Source: Ignavibacteriota bacterium
GTDB lineage: Bacteria > Bacteroidota > Ignavibacteria > UBA10030
Direction: 5' to 3'
Length of the DNA: 64,000 nt
Assembly (NCBI GenBank): GCA_963701295.1
Contig: OY969585.1
Span: 1,088,001 to 1,152,000 of the forward strand
Positions 9,528-20,091 of this stretch are shown here, piece after piece. A program made the translations under genes and the position numbers. Each line of letters opens with the position of its first letter. The first letter of the stretch is position 1. The notes below the pieces were generated by a model, which worked only from the letters and a program-made list of their open reading frames with translations, was not told the DNA's origin and made no database searches.

Positions 9528-10744
9528 TGGAATTTAAAACAAATCAGGAATGTGACGGCGGCGTGACTGCTGCTCAAGGATTCATTGCTGGCGGATTGTA
9601 CTGTGGTATACGAAAAGCAAAAAAAGATATTGCACTTGTTCAATCGATAAAACCTGCACTTGTTGCCGGTGTGTTCACGCTGAATAAAGTTGTGGCAGCA
9701 CCGTTGCTGGTGGATAAGCTGCAGCTTCAGAATTCAAGCCTGTGTTCTGCCATTGTTGTCAACAGCGGCAACGCTAATGCATGCACAGGCGAGCAAGGAA
9801 TGAAGGATGCATGGACAATGGTCGATATGGCGGCAAACGCTCTTCATCTGCCGCGAGAACAAGTGCTTGTCTCTTCCACCGGAGTGATCGGACAATATCT
9901 TCCAATAGAAAAAATCACAGAAGGAATTCGTGAGCTTTCCACCAAACTTTCAGCAGATGGGAACAGAGATGCCGCTGAAGCGATCATGACAACAGATCTT
10001 TTTTCGAAAGAATGTGCCGTTCGTTTCACAAGCGGTTCATCTGTTGTCACGGTGGGCGGGATGGCAAAAGGGTCCGGAATGATTGCGCCGAACATGGCTA
10101 CGATGCTGGCGTTTGTTACGACGGATGCTGCCGTTGCACCTTCAGCTTTGCAAACGGCTCTGAATGCTGCAAATAATCATTCTTTTAACTGTATTTCTGT
10201 CGATGGGGATATGAGCACGAACGATATGGTGCTCGTGCTTGCCAATGGTTTGGCAAAGAACGAAGAGATTCGGCAAAACACTCCTGCCTTCCGGCAATTC
10301 CTTGCTGCTTTGGAGTATGTTCTCGTCAAACTTGCCAAGATGATTGCACGCGACGGCGAAGGTGCGACAAAGTTTGTGGAGATTGTCGTTCAAGGTGCAC
10401 GAAGCGAGGCAGAAGCAGTACAAGCGGCGCGCTCAGTGGCAAATTCTAATTTGGTAAAAACTGCACTTCACGGTGCAGATGCAAATTGGGGACGTATTCT
10501 TGCAGCTGTCGGGTACTCTGGTATTGAATTTGATCCGGCGAACGTCTCGATCAGTTTTAACGACTTGCCGGTCTTTAAGCCGAATTACGAAATTGTCCTC
10601 GATGAAGTGAAAGCAAAAGCGGCACTGTCACAGGAAAACATCACCGTGTTGATCGATCTGAATCAAGGTTCCGCTAAAGCGCACTTCTGGACATGCGACT
10701 TGACAAAAGAATATGTGAATATTAATGCGAATTATAGATCATAA
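9527..10744 (+). CDS. argJ: Ornithine acetyltransferase / N-acetylglutamate synthase
   Basis: NSGNANACTG, AKGSGMIAPNMATML, DGEGATK, NWGRI. Confidence 0.97.
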   Translation: MEFKTNQECDGGVTAAQGFIAGGLYCGIRKAKKDIALVQSIKPALVAGVFTLNKVVAAPLLVDKLQLQNSSLCSAIVVNSGNANACTGEQGMKDAWTMVDMAANALHLPREQVLVSSTGVIGQYLPIEKITEGIRELSTKLSADGNRDAAEAIMTTDLFSKECAVRFTSGSSVVTVGGMAKGSGMIAPNMATMLAFVTTDAAVAPSALQTALNAANNHSFNCISVDGDMSTNDMVLVLANGLAKNEEIRQNTPAFRQFLAALEYVLVKLAKMIARDGEGATKFVEIVVQGARSEAEAVQAARSVANSNLVKTALHGADANWGRILAAVGYSGIEFDPANVSISFNDLPVFKPNYEIVLDEVKAKAALSQENITVLIDLNQGSAKAHFWTCDLTKEYVNINANYRS

Positions 10745-10843
10745 GGACGTAGAATTTATAAAATGGAATGTAAAATATAAATGTTAACTGTTAGTGCTCA
10801 TAGCTCATAAACCTTAACTCAAAACTGATTATAGAAAAATCGT

Positions 10844-11692
10844 ATGATTGACACTCAAACAAAAGAAGAAGTCCTCATTAAAGCGTTGCCGTACATTCAA
10901 ACATACGAAGGCAAAACATTCGTCATCAAGTACGGCGGTGCGGCAATGAGGGATGAACGTCTGAAGGTGACATTCGCTCAGGATGTAACGATTCTGCGAA
11001 AAATAGGTATCAATATCATCATTGTGCATGGCGGCGGAAAAGATATTACTGATCTTGCATCTGCCCTGAATATTGAATCGCGATTTGTTGACGGTCAACG
11101 CTATACCGATGAACACATGGTGGATGTGGTGCTGATGGTGCTTGCAGGAAAGCTGAATAAAGAAATAGTGAATCTTATTAATTCGAATGGCGGGAATGCG
11201 GTTGGATTGTGCGGTGTGGACAACGGATTGCTCAAGGCAAAGCAGAATTCAGAAAAAGATCTTGGTTTAGTGGGGGAAGTAAGTTTTGTGAATGTATCTT
11301 TTCTCAATTTACTCCTTAATAACGGAATGATGCCGGTGATTGCCCCGCTTGCCGTAGGAGAGGAGAGTAAAATTCTTAACATTAATGCAGATCTTGCAGC
11401 AGGTGCCATTGCAGCGGAATTGAAAGCGGAAAAACTGGTGTACCTGAGCGACATTGAAGGTGTACTCGTGAATCAAAAGCTTATTTCATCCCTCACGCAT
11501 TCGGAAGCGGAATCGCTTGTCGAACGTGGTGCTATTCATGGCGGAATGATTCCAAAAGTACGCTCGGCGTTCGCAACACTCAACCGCGGTGTTCGCAAGG
11601 TTCACATCATCGACGGGCGCATCAAGCATTCACTGTTGCTTGAAATTTTCACAGACGAAGGAATTGGAACCCAAATGACACACGAATCATAG
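10844..11692 (+). CDS. argB: Acetylglutamate kinase
   Basis: VIKYGGAAM, VHGGG, NINAD, GGMIPK. Confidence 0.97.
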   Translation: MIDTQTKEEVLIKALPYIQTYEGKTFVIKYGGAAMRDERLKVTFAQDVTILRKIGINIIIVHGGGKDITDLASALNIESRFVDGQRYTDEHMVDVVLMVLAGKLNKEIVNLINSNGGNAVGLCGVDNGLLKAKQNSEKDLGLVGEVSFVNVSFLNLLLNNGMMPVIAPLAVGEESKILNINADLAAGAIAAELKAEKLVYLSDIEGVLVNQKLISSLTHSEAESLVERGAIHGGMIPKVRSAFATLNRGVRKVHIIDGRIKHSLLLEIFTDEGIGTQMTHES

Positions 11693-11703
11693 GGAACACA
11701 CAT

Positions 11704-12156
11704 ATGGAAAAACAACGACGACATTTGGCAATCAAACAAATCATTGCCAACCGTACCATCAACACACAAAGTGAATTGGCGTCGGCCATGCGAAAAGAAG
11801 GATTTAAAACAACTCAAGCGACGCTCTCGCGTGATATGAAGGAGCTTGGTATCGCATGGGTGTATACACCGAGCGGTGCAAAGTACATGCTCAATCCGGA
11901 ACAGGAAGAAGAACGGCTGACAACGCTCATCGGAATGGAAGTAGAAAATATTGAAGCGAATGAGACCGTGATCGTTGTCAAGACGCTTCCCGGTCGTGCA
12001 CAAGGGGTTGCAGAAATTATTGATCATCTTCGATTGCCGTCTGTGCTTGGCACACTTGCCGGCGATAACACAGTGTTCATTTTACCGCGTTCAATCAAGA
12101 AGATAAAAGCAACGATTCTAGCACTGCACGATGTGCTCGCAAAGACAAAACAATGA
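11704..12156 (+). CDS. argR: Arginine repressor
   Basis: TQATLSRD, KTLPGRA, GTLAGDNT. Confidence 0.96.
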   Translation: MEKQRRHLAIKQIIANRTINTQSELASAMRKEGFKTTQATLSRDMKELGIAWVYTPSGAKYMLNPEQEEERLTTLIGMEVENIEANETVIVVKTLPGRAQGVAEIIDHLRLPSVLGTLAGDNTVFILPRSIKKIKATILALHDVLAKTKQ

Positions 12157-12198
12157 TGGCTATCTTTGCCACACACGGTTTCAGAGGAATATATTTTT

Positions 12199-12537
12199 AT
12201 GTATGTTCGTACTATTGACATTGCGCATCCGCCGCTGAAGTCTGATGATGCTGAACAAATATTGGAAAATGAATTACGAAGCGCCCGCTTATCAAAAGAA
12301 GGACGTGTGTTGAAAGTGATCCATGGCTACGGTAGTCAAGAACGTCCCGGTGTGTTAAAGGGAGTTGTTCGCAATTGGACGTATCGAAACCGAGCGAAGC
12401 TGTTAGCAGTTATTCCCGGAGAAGAGTATCAAATGTTTGATGCGAAGACGATCGAAATACGGAAGGCGTGCGGACAGATGTTCGATCCCGATCTCGGCAT
12501 GAGCAATTCCGGTATTACATTGATTTGGATAAAATGA
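12199..12537 (+). CDS. Stand-alone Smr/MutS2-family domain protein
   Basis: LKVIHGYGS...GVLK...NSGITLIWIK; SD GAGGA before ATG 12199. Confidence 0.75.
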   Translation: MYVRTIDIAHPPLKSDDAEQILENELRSARLSKEGRVLKVIHGYGSQERPGVLKGVVRNWTYRNRAKLLAVIPGEEYQMFDAKTIEIRKACGQMFDPDLGMSNSGITLIWIK

Positions 12538-12688
12538 GTATTTGAGAAGTTCCCGCCAACTTATTCGCTGTCTTTTTGGCGGACGGTGGATGTGTCTATG
12601 GTACAGAGTTGATGAGCAGTTGAATTGAAAATCCTTAAAATAATAGTAACACTCGGAATAGTAAAAAATAAATCTTAGGAGAATAAAC

Positions 12689-13909
12689 GTGAAGAAGGAA
12701 CGTATTGCCGTCGCATATTCCGGTGGCCTCGATACCTCAGTCATTGTGAAATGGCTGCAGGAAAAATACGACGCAGAAATTATTACTGTCACAGGAAACT
12801 TAGGACAGAAAAAGGAACTTATTGGGGTGAAAGAAAAAGCACTGAAGACCGGTGCAAAGAAAGCATACGTCCAGGATCTTCGCAAGGAATTTGTGGAAGA
12901 GTACATCTATCCTGCACTCAAGGCAGGTGCATTGTACGAATACAACTATCCGATGGCAACAGCGATAGGGCGTCCCTTGCTTGCGAAATCTTTAGTAGAA
13001 GTTGCATTGAAAGAAGGATGCACGGCAGTTGCACACGGTTGTACTGGAAAAGGAAACGATCAAGTCCGTTTTGAAGTCGCTGTGGCGGCGCTTGCTCCGG
13101 AGTTGAAAGTGCTGGCTCCTGTACGCGAGTGGGAATTCAAATCGCGCGAAGAAGAGATTGCCTATTGTGAAAAGCATGGCATTCCGGTTTCTGCAACGAA
13201 GAAGAATCCATATTCCATTGATGAAAATCTCTGGGGCACTGCCATCGAGTGCGGTGTGTTGGAAGATCCGATGGTCGAGCCGCCTGCCGACGCATACCAA
13301 CGTACCGTACCACCCAATCTCGCACCGGACGAACCGACAAGCGTGATGATTGAGTTTAAAAATGGTGTTCCGATTGGATTAAATGGTAAAAAAATGTCCG
13401 GTGTTCAGTTGATCGATCGTCTCAATGACATTGGCGGCGCAAACGGCATCGGCAGACTTGATCTTGTCGAGAACCGATTGGTCGGAATCAAATCGCGCGA
13501 GGTGTACGAAGCTCCAGCTGCAGCCATCCTCCATTTTGCGCACCGTGAGCTTGAACGCCTTGTACTCGACAAAGATACGTCGCACTTCAAAGCGAAGCTC
13601 TCCGCTGATTATGCCGATATGATTTATAATGGCCTGTGGTTCACACCTTTGCGTGTCGCTATGGATGCATTTGTGAATGAAACGCAGAAAGTCGTTTCCG
13701 GTTTGGTGAAAGTAAAACTCTACAAAGGCAATCTCGATATAGCCGGACGCACATCACCATCTTCACTGTATGACACAAAATTAGCAACATATACAGAAGA
13801 GGATTCGTTCGATCACAAAGCAAGCGTCGGCTTTATTAAAATCTATGGCTTACCGGTGAAAACGTTTTATTCAGTGAACAAACAATTGTTAAAGAAGAGA
13901 AAAAAATAG
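12689..13909 (+). CDS. argG: Argininosuccinate synthase
   Basis: [41 protein letters not shown]. Confidence 0.98.
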   Translation: MKKERIAVAYSGGLDTSVIVKWLQEKYDAEIITVTGNLGQKKELIGVKEKALKTGAKKAYVQDLRKEFVEEYIYPALKAGALYEYNYPMATAIGRPLLAKSLVEVALKEGCTAVAHGCTGKGNDQVRFEVAVAALAPELKVLAPVREWEFKSREEEIAYCEKHGIPVSATKKNPYSIDENLWGTAIECGVLEDPMVEPPADAYQRTVPPNLAPDEPTSVMIEFKNGVPIGLNGKKMSGVQLIDRLNDIGGANGIGRLDLVENRLVGIKSREVYEAPAAAILHFAHRELERLVLDKDTSHFKAKLSADYADMIYNGLWFTPLRVAMDAFVNETQKVVSGLVKVKLYKGNLDIAGRTSPSSLYDTKLATYTEEDSFDHKASVGFIKIYGLPVKTFYSVNKQLLKKRKK

Positions 13910-13933
13910 TCAAAGAAGTAAGTTTTTACTATC

Positions 13934-13965
13934 AAAAAGCCATTCTATATTATAGGATGGTTTTT
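13934..13965. terminator. Intrinsic terminator after argG
   Basis: AAAAAGCCATTCTATA / TATAGGATGGTTTTT hairpin with A/T tracts. Confidence 0.7.
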
Positions 13966-14046
13966 CTATTTTGGGTTTGTGCTTGAATTTCATCTCATTT
14001 CTTGATTGATTAATACCAGCAGTATTCTATAATGCTGGAAATTTAT

Positions 14047-15861
14047 ATGCTACGTTCAATCTTAATCCTTCTCTTCTTTGCATCAAGTGCAGAAGCGCAG
14101 GTCAATATCGATCCAATTCGTCCGCATATGCCGGATTCACTTTTCTTGCAAGTACAAATTCCAGATAAAGATACAATCCGGACATTTTCATCGCACTTAC
14201 GGATTGCTGCTTGTACTCGGCCGGAAGCAACGGCATTCATCAATGGCAAGCAAACGACAGTCTATCCAAGTGGCGCGTTTGTTGGACTTGTGAGCGTGAA
14301 TGTCGGTATTACCAATCTTCGATTTACGGTACTTTCAGCAAAAGGCGATTCGCTCTGGAAGGAGTTCGCCGTTCTTCGTCCAGAACCGATGAAGAATTCA
14401 TCGCATGATACACTCGTTATCGAAGATGCACTGATGGAACCATCGCAAGATATGTGGTTGACGTCAGGCGATGTGTTGGAAATGAGATTTAAGGGAAGTC
14501 CCGGATGGGAAGCTTCATGTGATATTCCGGGAATTAAATCAGATATTAATATGCGAGAGCAGTCTTCGAAGGAAGCAGATGGTTTTTCAGGAGTTTATAT
14601 TGCTTATTACACAGTCAAACCTGCCGATGAAGTACATGAAGTGCAAATTATCTTCAGATTGAAAAAAAGTTTTTGGAGTAAAGAAAAAGTTCTTTCCAAA
14701 GCAAAAATATCTTTTATTCCCGGTGAACTATTGCGTGTTGCAGAAATTGTTGGGAGTCGTCCGTATCTCAACGCCGGTCTCGGGAGTGATCGCCTCGGCG
14801 GGTCAAAACTTGGCTTTCTTCAAGCAGGTGTGCGATTGGGGATAACAGGAAAAATCGGTTCGCAGTATCGCGTACGATTATCAGAAATAATGAATGCATG
14901 GCTGCCGGAAGAATTTGCGAAACTCTTACCGCCTGATACACCACTGCCACGCTCGTTGGCGGGTGCTATTTCTGCAACAGGAAATGGCTCGGAAGATATT
15001 GTCACGCTTGTGCTCTCTGAAAAGCTGCCTTACACCAGCGAGCAGTTGATAGCCCCCAACGCAATCGCCGTTGATGTCTATGGAGCAACATCCAACACTA
15101 ACTGGATTTCACAAAATCTTTCTGCAAGCGGCATTGAAAATATCACATGGAAACAGATTGCAGCAGAACAGTACCGTATGACCATCACTCTTCAACATCC
15201 GCATTGGGGATACGATATCGACTATGCGGGAAATTTACTGCGTGTAAAAATACGGCGGCCGCCAGCAATACTCTCTCGCGATTCTGTATTAGCAGGACTC
15301 ACTATTGCTCTCGATGCAGGACATGGCGGCGATGTGAAAGGAGCGGTTGGCGCTACCGGTGTACTTGAGAAAGATGTAACTATTTCGATAGTGCGTCACC
15401 TTGAATCCATTCTCAAATCGAAAGGTGCCAAGATAATACTGACGCGAAGAGAGAACGAAGGGCCGTCCATGGCAGATCGGATCGATAAAATAGCGCGTTT
15501 AGGGGCTCAACTTCTCGTGAGCATTCACTGCAATTCTGCGGGCGAAGCTTCAGATCCGCTTACCATAGCTGGTGTCAGTACGTACTACCGGCCTATTGGT
15601 TTTAAACCGCTTGCGGACATTATATATACTAAGATGCTTGCTCTTGGACTTCAACAATTTGGTGTCGTAGGCAGCTTTAATTTTATGCTTAACTCACTCA
15701 CTCAAATGCCTAATGTCCTCGTGGAAACGGCTTTTCTCTCCAATCCCGAAGATGAAATGCTCTTATTAGATGATGGGTTCAGGAAGAAAGTGGCGGAACA
15801 AATTACAATAGGATTAGAGGAGTTTGTTAGAAATAATTTAGGAGTGAAAGAAATTAACTGA
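14047..15861 (+). CDS. N-acetylmuramoyl-L-alanine amidase (Amidase_3), secreted
   Basis: Signal peptide; LDAGHGG, LEKDV, SIHCN, VLVETAFLSN. Confidence 0.9.
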   Translation: MLRSILILLFFASSAEAQVNIDPIRPHMPDSLFLQVQIPDKDTIRTFSSHLRIAACTRPEATAFINGKQTTVYPSGAFVGLVSVNVGITNLRFTVLSAKGDSLWKEFAVLRPEPMKNSSHDTLVIEDALMEPSQDMWLTSGDVLEMRFKGSPGWEASCDIPGIKSDINMREQSSKEADGFSGVYIAYYTVKPADEVHEVQIIFRLKKSFWSKEKVLSKAKISFIPGELLRVAEIVGSRPYLNAGLGSDRLGGSKLGFLQAGVRLGITGKIGSQYRVRLSEIMNAWLPEEFAKLLPPDTPLPRSLAGAISATGNGSEDIVTLVLSEKLPYTSEQLIAPNAIAVDVYGATSNTNWISQNLSASGIENITWKQIAAEQYRMTITLQHPHWGYDIDYAGNLLRVKIRRPPAILSRDSVLAGLTIALDAGHGGDVKGAVGATGVLEKDVTISIVRHLESILKSKGAKIILTRRENEGPSMADRIDKIARLGAQLLVSIHCNSAGEASDPLTIAGVSTYYRPIGFKPLADIIYTKMLALGLQQFGVVGSFNFMLNSLTQMPNVLVETAFLSNPEDEMLLLDDGFRKKVAEQITIGLEEFVRNNLGVKEIN

Positions 15862-16006
15862 GAAGGAGTAAAGGAAAGTCATCTAATTATTCAGTAAGCT
15901 TTCCATGCACGCTATTATTCATGCCCCGTTGTTCCCTCCCCTAAATATGATTAAATTGATATAAGAATAAGTCGTACGTCGACCATGATCACATTGGACA
16001 ACCATT

Positions 16007-17398
16007 ATGGCAGCACAAACACTCTGGAGTGGACGCTTTAAAGAACCCCTCGCTGAAATTGCACTGAAGTTTTCTTCTTCCATTGAATTCGATAGACTTT
16101 TATACGAAGAAGACATTGCAGGAAGCATCGCCCACGTCGAAATGCTTGCTGCGTGTAAGATTCTTACTGCATCAGAAGGACGGCGCATTCGCACAGCCCT
16201 GAAGGCAATTCAGAAAGAAATTGAAACTGGCAAATTCAAGTTGACGTCCGAGTATGAAGATGTGCACTCGGCAATTGAACAACGGCTGACACAGAAAATT
16301 GGTGCGCTTGGCGGAAAACTTCACACAGCCCGCAGCCGCAACGATCAGATTGCACTTGATGAACGTATTTTCCTTCGTTCGGCTATCCGTGAAATCAGTA
16401 AACTCGTCATTAATCTTCAGCGCGTGCTGCTCTATAAAGCGGAAAAGAATTTTGGTGTTTTGATGCCGGGTTATACCCACACACAGCGGGCGCAAGCCAT
16501 TATGTTGTCGCACCACCTGCTGGCGTATATCAGCATGTTGGAACGCGACTTCGAACGTTTGCAAGATTCCAGCAAGCGTCTGAACAAGTCTCCACTTGGT
16601 GCTGCGGCATTTGCCGGAACACCGTTCCCAATCAACCGTGCACTGGTGGCAAGGAAATTAGGCTTTGATGGTATCGTGGAAAATAGTATCGATGCCGTGA
16701 GCGATAGGGATTTTATTCTTGAATTCATCTCTGCATGCAGTATGATGATGATGCACCTGAGCCGTTGCGCTGAAGAGCTCGTCCTTTGGACAACAAAAGA
16801 ATTTTCCTTCGCTCAAATCAGCGACTCCTACACGACCGGCAGCAGTATTATGCCGCAGAAAAAGAATCCGGATATGGTGGAACTTGTCCGCGGTAAAACA
16901 GGACGAGTGTATGGTGCATTGATGAATCTTCTTACGACGATGAAAGGACTGCCGCTCGCATATAACCGCGATATGCAGGAAGACAAACAACCGATGTTCG
17001 ATGTCGTGAAAACAGCGCGCGAGTCCCTCTTTATCCTTGCACATGTCTTAGTTCATACAACGTTCGATAAATATCATCTGGAAGAAGAACTCCGCACAGA
17101 TTTTCTCACTGCAACGGATATGGCTGACTATCTTGTCACGAAAGGCATTCCCTTCCGCGAGGCACATGTGATCACAGGCGAAGTTGTTCAATACTGCGTG
17201 ACGCATAAGATGTATTTTGGCAATCTGGATCTTGGCACGCTGAGGGAATTCTCACCCAAATTCGAGCCGGATATCTTTGATTTTATTTTGCCGCAAACAA
17301 GCGTTGAGCGTAAGCAATCAGCAGGCAGCACAAGTCCGCAGGAAGTGAAGAAACAGATTGTGCATTGGACACATGTGTTGAGTAAACGAAGGGTCTAG
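16007..17398 (+). CDS. argH: Argininosuccinate lyase
   Basis: LWSGRF, HTARSRNDQ, MPGYTH, GSSIMPQKKNPD. Confidence 0.98.
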   Translation: MAAQTLWSGRFKEPLAEIALKFSSSIEFDRLLYEEDIAGSIAHVEMLAACKILTASEGRRIRTALKAIQKEIETGKFKLTSEYEDVHSAIEQRLTQKIGALGGKLHTARSRNDQIALDERIFLRSAIREISKLVINLQRVLLYKAEKNFGVLMPGYTHTQRAQAIMLSHHLLAYISMLERDFERLQDSSKRLNKSPLGAAAFAGTPFPINRALVARKLGFDGIVENSIDAVSDRDFILEFISACSMMMMHLSRCAEELVLWTTKEFSFAQISDSYTTGSSIMPQKKNPDMVELVRGKTGRVYGALMNLLTTMKGLPLAYNRDMQEDKQPMFDVVKTARESLFILAHVLVHTTFDKYHLEEELRTDFLTATDMADYLVTKGIPFREAHVITGEVVQYCVTHKMYFGNLDLGTLREFSPKFEPDIFDFILPQTSVERKQSAGSTSPQEVKKQIVHWTHVLSKRRV

Positions 17399-17420
17399 GG
17401 CTGTCAATGCACAGATTATG

Positions 17421-17453
17421 AAAAAGCCGTCTTGATCCATCAAGACGGCTTTT
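17421..17453. terminator. Bidirectional intrinsic terminator
   Basis: AAAAAGCCGTCTTGAT-CC-ATCAAGACGGCTTTT between convergent genes. Confidence 0.85.
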
Positions 17454-17500
17454 GTGTATGTAAATACATACTGTGCAATCGCTCTGTATTTACTGCTTAC

Positions 17501-19027
17501 CTACCAGTTATATCGTATGGTATAGGTAATTGTTTCCTCTTCGTCCTTTTTCAGCTTCACAGGAAACTTGATTGTAGTCTGATTTACTTTTTCCCAAGAA
17601 GTGTTGCTTTTAGTTATATCCCATTCATTCCAGCGCCATGGGTGTTCATAGACAAGAACTTCAACTTGTTCTGATTTATGATTGCGGACTTTGACCTCAA
17701 ATGTCTCATCGACGACATGACCGGAAATAACGACGCGGAAATCTTTCTGCGCTCTTTCGCCGACAATGTCAAATGCGTTTCCGAGATAAAGTTTAATTTC
17801 TTCATCCTTTGGCGTATGATCGATTTCGTCCTCACCGATGAATTGTTCTTTACCATCATCATCTTGTTTATAGACGCGTACTTTGCCTTTCGGCAATGCA
17901 ATGCCGAGTCCAGCTTTTTCTTCGTTCTTAAAAGTCACAAATACACCGACCTTTTTGTTCGATTCCTGGCCGAAACTTCCCTGTGCACGATACGAGTAGC
18001 TATTGTACCAATACCGCCATTGATCAGAAAGCCCATCATAGATAAAAACTTTTTTTGAAAGAACATTCTTAGCAGATGTCAGTTCAATCTGTTTTGTTTC
18101 GTTATTCCCAAGATCTGTTTTTCGCTGGAGCGAATAGAGCTTGTACTCAAAAAGTTCTTTCTGTTGAAATTGCGGCGCGGCTGCCACTCCGTCCATCGCT
18201 ATCCTGGATTTCATCATGCCGCTATAGCTGGCTTGTTCTTCTTTTACAAGATTCACATCGCCTGCTACCAATTTCAATCCTGTGTTTTTAAACGTTGTGC
18301 CGGAATTGTTCGTAATCGTCACCCAGCCTGTCAGGTCGATCTCCGTATCTTTTGAATTGAGTAACGCAACATAATTGCAACCCCATGTCAATTGATTGGC
18401 AAGGTAACTGATTTCCGTTTTGTGCAGACCTGCCTTTGTTGTATTGACAAGCCATTCAAGTTGTGGTTTCAGGATCAATCCCTCCGGCAAATTTGGAAGA
18501 ATAAGTCGACCTGCGGGACCAATTTCGATCTTCCCGTTGATTTCTGCGATCATTTGTCCGGTCGAATAGTAAGGTTCACCGCCACTGTAAGGATTATACC
18601 CGGGTTGAGGCTGCCAACCGGTAGCAAGAAGCTTTCCTTTAACGGTGTAATCTTTCTTTGATTCGTTGTCCGTTCGGATAAATTCCACTTCTTTGCCGAT
18701 GTATTTTTCCATTAACTTAGCTTGGTGCACAAGGTCGTACTGGTAGTTTTGTTCTAACACTTTCACGGCTTCTGGATCGGTGAGACTTGAAAAGTGCAGT
18801 GACGTGCCGTCGATGGTGGCAGGAATATCGGGAATAATGACACGGTTCAATCCTTTCGCCAAGTCGATTGTGCGTTCCTCGCGAACCAGTGCAAGATTAA
18901 TATTATAGATCGTGAGGTCGACCGCTTGGCGATTGCTTGCTGGTGTGATAGGCTGTGCAGATGTTCTACACCAGCCGCCCATTAACACACAAACAACAGC
19001 GAACAACGAGCAAAAGAGATTTTTCAT
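17501..19027 (-). CDS. DUF4139 domain-containing secreted protein
   Basis: VDLTIYN.NLALVRE, EQNYQYDL, ISYL..LTW..NY, LPKGKVRVY, FIGEDEIDHTP. Confidence 0.85.
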   Translation of the reverse strand: MKNLFCSLFAVVCVLMGGWCRTSAQPITPASNRQAVDLTIYNINLALVREERTIDLAKGLNRVIIPDIPATIDGTSLHFSSLTDPEAVKVLEQNYQYDLVHQAKLMEKYIGKEVEFIRTDNESKKDYTVKGKLLATGWQPQPGYNPYSGGEPYYSTGQMIAEINGKIEIGPAGRLILPNLPEGLILKPQLEWLVNTTKAGLHKTEISYLANQLTWGCNYVALLNSKDTEIDLTGWVTITNNSGTTFKNTGLKLVAGDVNLVKEEQASYSGMMKSRIAMDGVAAAPQFQQKELFEYKLYSLQRKTDLGNNETKQIELTSAKNVLSKKVFIYDGLSDQWRYWYNSYSYRAQGSFGQESNKKVGVFVTFKNEEKAGLGIALPKGKVRVYKQDDDGKEQFIGEDEIDHTPKDEEIKLYLGNAFDIVGERAQKDFRVVISGHVVDETFEVKVRNHKSEQVEVLVYEHPWRWNEWDITKSNTSWEKVNQTTIKFPVKLKKDEEETITYTIRYNW

Positions 19028-19112
19028 AGCGAACTCCTTTTGTTCATGGTTAAAGAACACCATGAATTAATATGATGGAATTCAAAAAGGTAAATGAATC
19101 TTTCTATGTTTT

Positions 19113-20024
19113 TTATTTTGAAGGTACAAATTTCCGTTTTGCCATTCTATCCCACAACTTTATTAATAATGGAGCAATAGCAAGTGCAAGGAATGCGACT
19201 GCAATACCTACCACTGCATCAGTCACATAATGATAACGGCAATAGAATGTGGAAATGTACAGCGAGAGCACGATTGGTGATAAAACCCAGAATGATGGGC
19301 GATGATACCGATATGCCATCACCCACATAATTGTCGCGGCGGCTGTATGCGGACTGGGAATCGATCCGCCGGCAAAATGCAGATACTTCCGCATACACTC
19401 ACCAAGAAATGTCCAGACCCAACCATCTAATGGCACAGTGTATAATTGTTTGATGTAATACATTGGACTCGCAACCGGGAAAAGAATGAAGCCAATATCG
19501 CAAAGAATGTTGGTGAAGCCGAGCGTGAAGAAGTAATCCTCCATTGCCAGCTCGCCGCGCAAATAATAAATGATTCCGCAAAGGACGGGATACATAGGAA
19601 TATAGATCACGTAAGAGAACATCAACCATTCCGTGAGAGGTTTTGAGATGAAGTCTTCAAGCCATAAAGTTGGTTGTACACCAAAAACCCATTGTTCGAA
19701 ATCGGTAACATAATAATCCATCCATTGACCATGAATCAGCAATTGGAATTTATCAACGGCACCGAAAAGATATGCATACGTGAGCGTGACTGCTGCGACA
19801 CGCAGAAAGAATCGCCAGAATTTCTTCGAAGTATTTTCGCTTAACCGGTTGAAGAGGATGTATGTAATCGCAACGATAATGTTTTTCAGGATCAACATCC
19901 ACCATCCTTCGATCCGGTTGAAAAAGATAATTGCGAGTAAACTGAAAAATGCAAGTGTTGCGAGAATGAGTCCGTCTGTCGCACCAAGATGTAATTTACC
20001 AATTGCGATTTTTTTATTTGTCAT
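19113..20024 (-). CDS. PAP2-superfamily membrane phosphatase/phosphotransferase (AUR1/IPC-synthase-like)
   Basis: Multiple TMs; FPVASP, SIPSPH, YCRYHYVTD. Confidence 0.8.
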   Translation of the reverse strand: MTNKKIAIGKLHLGATDGLILATLAFFSLLAIIFFNRIEGWWMLILKNIIVAITYILFNRLSENTSKKFWRFFLRVAAVTLTYAYLFGAVDKFQLLIHGQWMDYYVTDFEQWVFGVQPTLWLEDFISKPLTEWLMFSYVIYIPMYPVLCGIIYYLRGELAMEDYFFTLGFTNILCDIGFILFPVASPMYYIKQLYTVPLDGWVWTFLGECMRKYLHFAGGSIPSPHTAAATIMWVMAYRYHRPSFWVLSPIVLSLYISTFYCRYHYVTDAVVGIAVAFLALAIAPLLIKLWDRMAKRKFVPSK

Positions 20025-20038
20025 AATATTCCTAAAAG

Positions 20039-20085
20039 ACCTTGTCAAGGTTCACTGTACGTTGCTTTAGAAACCTTGACAAGGT
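20039..20085. repeat. REP-like 14-bp perfect inverted repeat
   Basis: ACCTTGTCAAGGTT (20039-20052) ... AACCTTGACAAGGT (20072-20085). Confidence 0.75.
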
Positions 20086-20091
20086 TTCACA

